This document shows positions 19,701 through 30,012 of a DNA stretch of 30,012 nt, piece by piece. The notes under the pieces are model-generated. The model had not been told where the DNA came from and did not search any database. It saw only the letters and a list, made by a program, of their open reading frames with translations. How positions within the stretch are numbered: the stretch's first letter is position 1; every line of letters begins with the position of its first letter. A program made the translations under genes and the position numbers. Location: assembly GCA_050015075.1 (NCBI GenBank), contig JBEKCB010000040.1:1-30012 (forward strand), in the 5' to 3' direction. The stretch is from Candidatus Brocadiia bacterium. Lineage in GTDB: Bacteria > Planctomycetota > Brocadiia > CAIUPP01.

Positions 19701-20540
19701 GTGGCCGATGGACTGATGGACGCGGCGGACCCGCTCGCTGAATTCGAAGCGGCGCTGGGCCACCGGTTCCGCGACCGCACGCTGCTGACGCACGCGCTGA
19801 CGCACTCGTCGCGCAAGCCCGAGCTGCGCTGCAGCAACGAGCGGCTGGAGTTCCTGGGCGATTCCGTCCTCGGCGCGGCCGTCTCGGATTATCTCTACCG
19901 CAGATTCCCGGATTACACCGAGGGCGACCTGACGCGCGTCAAGTCCGTCGTGGTCAGCCGCGTCGTGCTGGCGCGCATGGCGCGCGAGATGAACCTGGCG
20001 AAATATCTCCTGGTCGCCAAAGGCGTGGCCAACGCTCCGCCGGAGGAGCCCGACGGCGCGTCCTCCGCGGAGGCGCCGCCGCATCGCGCGCTGCCGCCGT
20101 CCATCCTCGCCGACGCGTTCGAGGCGCTCATCGCGGCGGTCTACCTCGACGCCGGTGTCGCGGCCGCGTACGAATTCGTCCTGCGGCACATCGAAAAGCA
20201 GATCGAGCGGACCCGCCAGGAGATCGCCCAGCACAACGCCAAGTCGCTCCTGCAGGAATGGGTCCAGCGCGAGATGAACTCCACGCCGGTCTACCGCGTC
20301 ACCGCCGAGACCGGGCCGGACCACGTGAAGTCGTTCGAGGTCGTCACGCTCATCGCCGGCAAGCCGTACGGGGCCGGCCAGGGCGCCACGAAGAAAGCCG
20401 CCGAACAGATGGCCGCCGAGCTGACCCTGGAGATGCTGGGGCAGAGAGCGGCGAAGGACCAACCCCCGAGTGCGGAATGCCCTTCGACAGGCTCAGGGCC
20501 GGCAGCCACGTCGAACGGCGAAATGAGGAGCGCGGAATGA
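19701..20540 (+). CDS. rnc: Ribonuclease III
   Basis: [12 protein letters not shown] signature, [14 protein letters not shown], dsRBD (KSLLQE...GPDH...KKAAEQ). Confidence 0.97.
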   Translation: MADGLMDAADPLAEFEAALGHRFRDRTLLTHALTHSSRKPELRCSNERLEFLGDSVLGAAVSDYLYRRFPDYTEGDLTRVKSVVVSRVVLARMAREMNLAKYLLVAKGVANAPPEEPDGASSAEAPPHRALPPSILADAFEALIAAVYLDAGVAAAYEFVLRHIEKQIERTRQEIAQHNAKSLLQEWVQREMNSTPVYRVTAETGPDHVKSFEVVTLIAGKPYGAGQGATKKAAEQMAAELTLEMLGQRAAKDQPPSAECPSTGSGPAATSNGEMRSAE

Positions 20541-21445
20541 ACAACCGAAACGTGCGCGCCAGGGAATTGTATGCGCTGCTGGGTGACCTGCCCAATCGCG
20601 ACCGGCCGATCTCCTGCGAGACGATGGCCGAGGAGGAGCATCCGGCGTATCGGCTCGAGAAGCTGATGCTCGACCTGAACGGCCTCGAACGCGTGCCGGC
20701 GTACTTCGCCAAGCCGAAATCTCCCGGGCCGTGGCCGGCGATGCTCTACCACCACGCGCACGGCGGCAACTACCCTCTCGGCAAGGACGAGCTGACCCAG
20801 GGCCGCAGCCACCTGCAGCAGCCGCCCTACGCCGAGGAACTCGCCCGCCGCGGCGTCTGCTCGCTCTGCATTGACACCTGGTGCTTCGGCGAGCGCGGCG
20901 GCCGGACCGAGAGCGAGACGTTCAAGGAGATGCTCTGGCGCGGCCGCGTGCTGTGGGGAATGATGATGTACGATTCGCTCCGCTCGCTGGATTACCTCGT
21001 CTCGCGCGCGGACGTGGACGCGGGCCGCATCGGCACGATGGGCATCTCGATGGGCAGCACGCTCGCCTGGTGGACCGCCGCGCTCGACGAGCGCATCCGC
21101 GCGTGCGTGGACATCTGCTGCTTGACCGATTATGACGCGCTGATCGAGACGCGCAACCTCGACGGGCACGGCATCTACTACTACGTGCCCGGCTTGCTGA
21201 AGCATTTCTCTACCGCCGACATCAACTCGCTGACCGTCCCGCGCGCGCACCTTTCGCTGGCCGGGAACTACGACCGCCTCACGCCGCCCGCCGGCCTCGA
21301 CCGCATAGACACCGCCCTCCGCAAGGCGTACCGCAAAGCCGGCGCGCCCGGCGCGTGGAAGCTCCTGCGCTACGACGTCGGACACCAGGAAACCGCCGCC
21401 ATGCGCGCGCAGATCCTCCAGTTCCTCGATGCGCACCTGATCTGA
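20537..21445 (+). CDS. Alpha/beta hydrolase (dienelactone hydrolase / YtaP-like)
   Basis: HAHGG, GISMG nucleophile elbow, C-terminal GH; the ATG overlaps the rnc stop (ATGA). Confidence 0.88.
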   Translation: MNNRNVRARELYALLGDLPNRDRPISCETMAEEEHPAYRLEKLMLDLNGLERVPAYFAKPKSPGPWPAMLYHHAHGGNYPLGKDELTQGRSHLQQPPYAEELARRGVCSLCIDTWCFGERGGRTESETFKEMLWRGRVLWGMMMYDSLRSLDYLVSRADVDAGRIGTMGISMGSTLAWWTAALDERIRACVDICCLTDYDALIETRNLDGHGIYYYVPGLLKHFSTADINSLTVPRAHLSLAGNYDRLTPPAGLDRIDTALRKAYRKAGAPGAWKLLRYDVGHQETAAMRAQILQFLDAHLI

Positions 21446-21476
21446 TTAAGGACGCGGGCGGAGAAGGAGAAACTAA

Positions 21477-21560
21477 TCGTCCTCGTCCTCGTCGTCGTCC
21501 TCGTCCTCGAATTGAAGTGATTAACGGCCGAGGACGAGGACGACGACGAGGACGAAACGG
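21477..21560. repeat. Hexamer-arm palindrome (GTCCTC)n/(GAGGAC)n, copy 1
   Basis: TCGTCCTCGTCCTCGTCGTCGTCCTCGTCCTCG-loop-CGAGGACGAGGACGACGACGAGGACGAAACGG. Confidence 0.9.
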
Positions 21561-21583
21561 GTGAGCTTCGTGGGGGCTTGCGC

Positions 21584-22387
21584 ATGAAAGCGTGCGAGCG
21601 TGCGCTGACGCGGGCTGATGCTCTGGTCCTCCTGGTCCTTTTCTTTTTCGCACTGTTTTTGTTCCTTTGCTTGGACACGGGTCCAGGGCCCAGGGCTATT
21701 GAAGAAGCGCGAAAAGCCAACTGCGCGGAAAACCTTAGTCAAATTGGGAAAGGAATGGCTGCTTACCGGGAAGACAACGGCGGCTACTTTCCGTTTTCCT
21801 GGCAAAGGGCCGGCGAGCCGGAGCCTGCGGGAGACGGCGCGGCCAATGCCGCCATGGCGGCGACGAGCCTCGGCGACTTGTACCCGCGTTATGTGAGCAA
21901 CCCCAGGATATTCCGCTGTCCCGGTGCCGAAGATCAGCCGTCCTTCGTCTTGAACCTGCCTTTGGAATACCGCGTTGCCGGTCGGGCGGCAGCTTCCTTT
22001 GGCACGCATCCGCAAGGGAGCAACTGGACGCTGACAAGCAACCTTCCCGTCTCGGCTTCCATATCGGCCATAAGAGCTTCGAGCTACGGCTACGACCCGC
22101 GTATCTCGCCGCGCGCGCCGGACGGCGACGTGGTCATGGCCGACTGGGATGGCTCGTGGCAGGTCAACCACGATACTTCGATGCAGAACCACGATGGCGG
22201 TCAAAATGTCCTGTTCGTGGACGGGGACGTAAGCTGGAAAGTAACCAACTTCTGTTCGAATGACCTCAACGACAACATCTTCGTTGAGAACAACTGGGAC
22301 GCCGACACGGATTCGTATCTCGTTGACATGGACGCGGGATTGGGCGTTTCCTTCGACGGCTACAAGCATCTTCACTATCCGCGATAG
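21584..22387 (+). CDS. DUF1559 / prepilin-type H-X9-DG domain protein
   Basis: Hydrophobic N-terminal helix, EEARKANCAENLSQIG, FRCP, NHDGGQNVLFVDG (H-X9-DG). Confidence 0.85.
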   Translation: MKACERALTRADALVLLVLFFFALFLFLCLDTGPGPRAIEEARKANCAENLSQIGKGMAAYREDNGGYFPFSWQRAGEPEPAGDGAANAAMAATSLGDLYPRYVSNPRIFRCPGAEDQPSFVLNLPLEYRVAGRAAASFGTHPQGSNWTLTSNLPVSASISAIRASSYGYDPRISPRAPDGDVVMADWDGSWQVNHDTSMQNHDGGQNVLFVDGDVSWKVTNFCSNDLNDNIFVENNWDADTDSYLVDMDAGLGVSFDGYKHLHYPR

Positions 22388-22414
22388 ATCGACGAGCAGA
22401 GACGGCGAAGCTGA

Positions 22415-22504
22415 TCGTACTCGTCCTCGTCCTCGTCCTCGTCGTCGGCCGTTACGAACGGCGATTCGAGGACGAGGACGACGACGAGGACGAGGACGAA
22501 ACGG
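22415..22504. repeat. Hexamer-arm palindrome (GTCCTC)n/(GAGGAC)n, copy 2
   Basis: TCGTACTCGTCCTCGTCCTCGTCCTCGTCGTCG-loop-CGAGGACGAGGACGACGACGAGGACGAGGACGAAACGG. Confidence 0.9.
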
Positions 22505-22575
22505 CACGCACGCATCTGCTACCCTTCATAGACCAGCGCGCAAGCCCGCAGAATCGGAAGCCGCAGCGGTGGCAC

Positions 22576-22603
22576 TTGCCAAAACGCCGCAGAAAGGTAG
22601 AAT
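22576..22603 (+). promoter_or_regulatory. Putative guaB promoter
   Basis: TTGCCA-16 nt-TAGAAT. Confidence 0.55.
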
Positions 22604-22635
22604 AGACGGACACACGGTCAGCGGAGATAACGATA

Positions 22636-24141
22636 ATGATCAGCAGCGGCGACGGGATTGACGGGAAGGCGCTCTTCGAGTTGCAGAGCGGCTTGACCTA
22701 CGACGACTTCATCCTTCTGCCCGACCACATCTCCTTCGGCGTGAACGAGGTCAATCTGGCGACGAACTTCACGCGCGACATCCGCCTCAGCCTGCCCTTC
22801 GTCAGCTCGCCGATGGACACGGTGACCGAGTCCGAGATGGCCATCTACATGGCGCTGCTCGGCGGCATCGGGATCGTGCATTACAACAATTCCATCGAGG
22901 AGCAGGTCCGCCACGTCGAGCGCGCCAAACGGTTCGAGAACGGCTTCATCACCGAGCCGGTCGTCCTCGGCCCGGAGCACCGCGTCCGCGACGTGGACGA
23001 GATCAAGGCGAAGTACGGCTTCAGCAGCATCCCGATCACCGAGGACGGCACCCGCGCCACGAAGCTGATCGGCATCGTCACCGGCCGCGATACGGACTTC
23101 GAGTCGAACCGCGAGCTGCCGCTGCGCGACCTGATGACCCGGAACCCGGTCACCGCGCCGAAGGGCATCTCGCTCCACGAGGCGAACGAGGTCCTCCGCC
23201 GCACCAAGAAAGGCAAGCTGCCGATCGTGGACGAGGCCGGCCGCATCGTGGCGCTGGTCTGCCGCCGCGACCTGGTCACCAACGAGGAGTACCCGCTCGC
23301 CTCGAAGGACAAGCTCAAGCGCCTGCGCGTCGGCGCCGCACTCTCGACCCACGACGAGGACCGCGACCGCCTCGCCGAGCTGGTCCGCGTCGGCGTGGAC
23401 GCGGTGGTGATTGACTCCTCGCAGGGCGACAGCATCTACCAGGCGGACATGATCAAGTACATTAAGCACCGCCACCCGGAGTTGCAGGTGATCGCGGGGA
23501 ACGTCGTCGCCGAGCGCCAGTGCCGCAACCTGATCGCGGCGGGCGCGGACGCGCTGCGCGTGGGAATGGGCCCCGGCTCGATCTGCATCACGCAGGACAC
23601 GGTGGCCGTCGGGCGGCCGCAGGCGTCGGCGGTCTATTACTGCGCCAAGGCGGGGCGCGAGGCGGGCGTGCCGATCATCGCCGACGGCGGAATCGCCTCG
23701 GCCGCGCACGTCGCCAAGGCGCTGGCGCTCGGCGCGAGCACGGTGATGATGGGCTCGCTCCTGGCCGGCACGGAGGAATCGCCGGGCGAATACTTCTACG
23801 ACAACGGGCGCCGGTTCAAGCGGTATCGCGGCATGGCCTCGGCCGCGGCGATGCGCGCCGGCGGCGCCAAGCGCTACTTCTCCGAGAAGGACCCGATCAA
23901 AGTCGTCCAGGGAGTCGAAGGCTACGTGCCGGACAAGGGCTCGCTGCGGACGTTCCTGCCGTACATGGCGCAGTGCCTGCGGCATGGCATGCAGGAAGTG
24001 GGCTGCCGGACGGTGGCGGAGCTGCACGACGCGCTCGCGAGCGCGCGGCTGCGCTTCGAGCGCCGCAGCGCCTCAGCCCAGCGCGAGGGCGGCGTCCACA
24101 GCCTGAGCGGCTACAGCAAGCCGCAGGTCCCGGGCGTGTGA
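22636..24141 (+). CDS. guaB: IMP dehydrogenase with CBS pair, eukaryote-type sequence
   Basis: [20 protein letters not shown] (catalytic Cys), IADGG, YRGM, CBS domains. Confidence 0.97.
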   Translation: MISSGDGIDGKALFELQSGLTYDDFILLPDHISFGVNEVNLATNFTRDIRLSLPFVSSPMDTVTESEMAIYMALLGGIGIVHYNNSIEEQVRHVERAKRFENGFITEPVVLGPEHRVRDVDEIKAKYGFSSIPITEDGTRATKLIGIVTGRDTDFESNRELPLRDLMTRNPVTAPKGISLHEANEVLRRTKKGKLPIVDEAGRIVALVCRRDLVTNEEYPLASKDKLKRLRVGAALSTHDEDRDRLAELVRVGVDAVVIDSSQGDSIYQADMIKYIKHRHPELQVIAGNVVAERQCRNLIAAGADALRVGMGPGSICITQDTVAVGRPQASAVYYCAKAGREAGVPIIADGGIASAAHVAKALALGASTVMMGSLLAGTEESPGEYFYDNGRRFKRYRGMASAAAMRAGGAKRYFSEKDPIKVVQGVEGYVPDKGSLRTFLPYMAQCLRHGMQEVGCRTVAELHDALASARLRFERRSASAQREGGVHSLSGYSKPQVPGV

Positions 24142-24168
24142 CCGGCGTCGGAAAAAGTCTGAGGCAGC

Positions 24169-24197
24169 TTGACATATAAGAACTTTTATGTTATAAC
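24169..24197 (+). promoter_or_regulatory. Strong sigma70 promoter for hsp20(-lon) with a palindromic operator in the spacer
   Basis: TTGACA-17 nt-TATAAC with extended TG; ACATATAAG-AA-CTTTTATGT inverted repeat. Confidence 0.75.
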
Positions 24198-24386
24198 TCT
24201 CAAGGTCGAGCGCGGAAGGCGGACGTAAGTCACAAGATGCTGAAGGGCAGGAAGATAACGCGCAAAAGGTGATTTGAAAAAACGAATCCAATTTGTCGCA
24301 ACGTGCTGCACCACAGCATATTACGTAACATGGCGCGGCACAGCATCTTATGATGCCGAAGCCGAAGTTTACGCAGGAGGCCGATC

Positions 24387-24848
24387 ATGTGCGCTCAGTG
24401 GCGGTTGGAGCGACGCACTATTCGAGTGACGGCGATGGGCCGGATGTACGAAGAACTGCCCATGGGCCGCAAGATCATGCTCTCCTCCGTGAACGGCGTC
24501 TGGCGCCCGCCGACCGACGTGTTCGAGTCCGACCATGCCTACGTGATCCGCGTCGAGATCAGCGGCCTGCGGCAGACGGCCGCCGGCGAGATCGAGAACG
24601 CCGCGCTCCTCGTCGAGGAGGACCTGATCGTCCTCCGCGGCGAGCGCTCGGATGACTGCCCGCACCTGAAGTGCAACTATCACCAGATGGAAATCCAGTA
24701 TGGCCCGTTCGAGGTGGCCATCCGGATCCCAGCGCCGTTCGATCACGACGCGGTCACGACGAAGTATCGCCAGGGGTTCCTCGAAATCGTCGCGCCGAAG
24801 GGCCACGCCGCTCAGCGCGGGTCCAAGCGGACGAAGAAAGGGTCCTGA
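24387..24848 (+). CDS. Small heat-shock protein (Hsp20/alpha-crystallin)
   Basis: WRPPTDVFE, LRGER, YHQMEIQYGPF, YRQGFLEIVAPK; AGGAGG RBS; upstream of lon. Confidence 0.93.
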   Translation: MCAQWRLERRTIRVTAMGRMYEELPMGRKIMLSSVNGVWRPPTDVFESDHAYVIRVEISGLRQTAAGEIENAALLVEEDLIVLRGERSDDCPHLKCNYHQMEIQYGPFEVAIRIPAPFDHDAVTTKYRQGFLEIVAPKGHAAQRGSKRTKKGS

Positions 24849-24919
24849 GCCGCTGCGCGACCCGACGAAGGCCGAGTACGATTGGTGTGGCGTCCCGGAA
24901 ATAACTTGCATAATGCGCG

Positions 24920-25040
24920 GTCATTCCGAGCGCAGACCTTCGGCCGTGAGCTCAGGGCCGAATGGCGAGGAATCTCATGCGCGGCTTGTAGTGGCGCCGT
25001 CAGGCGCTACTTCGTATGCCCTGACGGGCACACTACGAGC
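24920..25040. repeat. Compound repeat: interrupted REP arm plus GTAG-type REP copy
   Basis: GTCATTCCGAGCGCAG[30-nt hairpin insert]CGAGGAATCTC at 24920-24976; GCTTGTAGTG...CACTACGAGC at 24984-25040. Confidence 0.85.
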
Positions 25041-25152
25041 AGGCAGAGCGCGCAGCGTACTGCGCGCGACATGACGCCGGTTGAATTCGACGATGACGTT
25101 TGTGTGTCAATTCTTTCGTGGGTGATGAACTAGGCTCCAGGGAGCAGGCCTG

Positions 25153-27660
<2,508 letters not shown>

Positions 27661-27688
27661 GCGGACGTCGGCGGCCGGCCGCGCCGGT

Positions 27689-27717
27689 TTGAACACGGGA
27701 GCGCGTTGCCGTAGAAT
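27689..27717 (+). promoter_or_regulatory. tRNA promoter
   Basis: TTGAAC-17 nt-TAGAAT, 10 nt before the tRNA. Confidence 0.6.
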
Positions 27718-27727
27718 CACCTGAACT

Positions 27728-27805
27728 CGGGGCGTAGCTCAGCTTGGCTAGAGCGCCTGGTTTGGGACCAGGAGGCCGGCGGTTCAAATCCGCCCGCCCC
27801 GACCA
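27728..27805 (+). tRNA. tRNA-Pro(TGG)
   Basis: CGGGGCG/CGCCCCG acceptor stem, CCTGG-TTTGGGA-CCAGG anticodon arm, GGTTCAAATCC T-loop, encoded CCA. Confidence 0.97.
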
Positions 27806-29529
27806 ACCCGACAGGTAGCTGCTGCAACGGCGGCTACCTGTTTGAATTTAATGACGCCCCGCTCGAAGACGTAGCTCCGAGGCCCTTCCTCTGCAGGGGC
27901 GAAGTAGAGGTCGATGGATTCAATCAACGTCTGATAGACCCGCTGCTTCAACTCCGCGCTGCCGCTGCGGATCATCTCGGACAGCTTCCGGACTTCCGCC
28001 ACGACCTTCTGAATCTGCCCCTCAACATCAGCGGCCTTCGGCACTTCCGCTGGCTGCGCCTGCCCCCTGAGGGCGTGGGCCTTCTGCGTCAGCCTGTCCA
28101 GCGTTGCCTTCGCGGCGGTGGCGGCGTGCTCGTCGGTGATGGTCAGGTAGCGCTCCGTGGCCATCTTGATCTGCCGCTCAAGTATCTCAAGCTCGCGTTT
28201 CTGGTCCGCAGCCTTGTCCGTCAGCCTGCCCAGCTGTCGCGCGGCGGTCTGGCCGATCCTGGCCGGCGGTGTCACCAAGATGCGGCGCCTGATGACTGAC
28301 TCAACATAGCGCTCAAGCGGCCGGTTCGGCATGGTCAGGGGCTTACACCCGGTCCGCCCGTAACTCTCGTACTTCCCACAGCGATAGTACACGTTGCTGA
28401 AGACTTTGCCGTCGTGCTTGCTGGTCGTGGTCTTCCCCCACATCGTCCCACCACAGTGACCGCAACGGACCAGGCCACTGAGGGCGTACCTGCTGCGGTG
28501 GCTGCTGCCGGACCGTCGGGTGACGTTCCGGGAGTTCAGCCGCGCCTGCACCTTGTCCCACACCTCCGGCTCGATGATACCGGGATGGGCACCCTCATAA
28601 ACCACCCACTTCTCCTCCGGGTTGCGCGTGATCCTGACCTCATAAGGCTCCATCTTGCCGGTCTTGCGGCTGAGGCGGGACCCCGGCTTGGGAGTTCCGT
28701 CGCCGCCGTTGACCCGGTGAAACTTCCCGCTTGAGCGCCGCCCATAGGCGATGCGGCCGACGTAGGCAGGGTTCTCAAGCATCGCCTAGATAGTGGTCGG
28801 TCCCCAGGGGTTGCCGTTGCGCGTACGAACTCCCCTATCGTTCAGTTCATAGGCCAGGGACTTGTAACCCCTGCGGGTGCTGGCGTACTCCGAAAAGAGC
28901 CACTGGACCGTCGGGACTTCCGTAGGCTGGGGCCGGAGTTCAACGTGCCCGCCCTGCCTGCGCGCCAGCGTGGCACCGCCTTCAAGCTCCCCCAGGATGT
29001 TCCGCTGCGCGTCGCATATCACGCGCTTGAACCCGAATGGCGCGTCGCCGCCTCCCCAGTGCCCATCGCTTGCGGTCTTCTTCATCCCGCCCAGCACGTC
29101 GGCGGACACCTTCTTCAGATAGGCGCGGTGCTGGATTTGCTCGATGGGCCTGAGGATTTCAGCGGTGTCGGGGTTGGCGTAGCGGTCCGATTCCATGACG
29201 GTGATAACCTCGACGCCGGCCATGCGCAGCTTGTGGCGATAGTAACCGACCTCGTCGTTGTCCATGCGGCCGAAGCGCGACACGTCGTAGCAGATGATGC
29301 AGTCGAAGTCCTTGCCATTCTCTGCCTTGGCGATCATCTCCTGGAAGCCGGGCCGGTGCGCCCCGCTGGCGCCGGAGATGCCGTCGTCCGTGTAGTAGCG
29401 CAGGATGGAGTAGCCGAGTTGTGCGGCGTGCTGCTCGATCACCTCGCGCTGCTTGTCGAGGGAAGCCTCCTGCTTGGTCGTCGAGCGCCGCAGGTAACCC
29501 ACTGCGACCTTACTCTTCGTGTTCTTCAT
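27784..29529 (-). pseudogene. Large serine recombinase (integrase), 581 codons, with one in-frame TAG at 28786-28788 (pseudogene or readthrough)
   Basis: GYLRRST catalytic Ser, DDGISGAS..RPGF, DVSRFGR, W..TTI*AMLENPAYVG recombinase domain, LSGLVRCGHCG...YYRC zinc ribbon, coiled coil. The two ORFs are in the same frame. Confidence 0.88.
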
Positions 29530-29765
29530 TGCGCCGTCCTCCCAGCACTCGGTGTAACCGCTTCCTCGACTGAAAATTCAAACATGCCGGATATATCTGA
29601 CGCAATATTTCCAGGGGCGCCGGGCAGTTCCCCACGCTGCCGCAGCGACTCGATGGCCAGTGCAACCAGTGCCTCAACCGCGTCCTGGGGCAGTTCCTCA
29701 TCAGCGCCGCCACCGACGACCTCCCATCGCTCAGGTTCAAGAACCCGCCCATCTCCGTCTGCCAT
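29526..29765 (-). CDS. Small acidic hypothetical protein coupled to the integrase
   Basis: GAGGTG RBS before ATG 29765; its TGA overlaps the integrase ATG (ATGA). Confidence 0.55.
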   Translation of the reverse strand: MADGDGRVLEPERWEVVGGGADEELPQDAVEALVALAIESLRQRGELPGAPGNIASDISGMFEFSVEEAVTPSAGRTAQ

Positions 29766-30012
29766 AGCACACCTCGGAGTCTGCGCCTTGATACTCGCTA
29801 CCCCCGGCTTTGCACTTCAGTGAAGCCCGGAGGCAGGTCGTTTTCAGGGTAGTTTCGGTCTGTCCGAGGAGGGGCCGACTATAAAGGCCGGGTGAAAACA
29901 CTCCGGGGCGTCGCGTAGATTTTTCATGTTCACGCCAGCAGGCGCGCCGAAAACCGTTCTGAAGCGCGGGGAAAACGCTACGCCGGTGACCCCCGTTGCG
30001 GGGGGGGGGGGG

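Larger units (their letters stand above)
27784..30012. mobile_element. Left edge of an integrated element (prophage/ICE/island) at tRNA-Pro
   Basis: Integrase converges on and overlaps the tRNA 3' end; codon usage shifts visibly; the other att site is not in the window. Confidence 0.75.

Noticed and set aside
28786-28788. Pyrrolysine or genome-wide TAG reassignment
   Set aside because: proB and the DUF1559 gene end in TAG at expected positions and no pyl genes are in the window; only local readthrough remains possible.
30000-30012. Terminal poly-G run
   Set aside because: At the very end of the sequence; most likely a contig-end or sequencing artefact, and cannot be evaluated.

Overview
GC-rich bacterial chromosome segment, probably PVC/Planctomycetota-like (inferred from a DUF1559/H-X9-DG gene and the repeat types). 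Left block (minus strand): RNase E/G (partial), TIGR03936-like protein, TPR membrane protein, PHP hydrolase, PPi-phosphofructokinase, and a pfkB-[adenine MTase + SacI-like REase]-thpR-recA run. Right block (plus strand): trmH-family MTase, orphan MNT, proB, a large helical-repeat protein, a homocysteine S-methyltransferase domain, a metallophosphoesterase, degP/htrA, rnc, an alpha/beta hydrolase, a DUF1559-like gene, guaB, hsp20, lon and tRNA-Pro(TGG). Next comes the edge of an integrated element with a large serine recombinase. Most notable: (1) the recombinase is interrupted by one in-frame TAG that lies in a perfect 10-bp inverted repeat with an alternative competing hairpin, and its last codons are read from the antisense strand of the tRNA; (2) the IMPDH is strongly eukaryote-type; (3) many intergenic gaps hold palindromic elements built from 6-, 7- or 9-mer units or REP-like arms. 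Some are nested inside each other, some supply gene ends, and one pair brackets the DUF1559 gene like a cassette with an inverted core; (4) an R-M pair sits inside a probable recA operon. All assignments come from motif recognition by eye; no searches were run.
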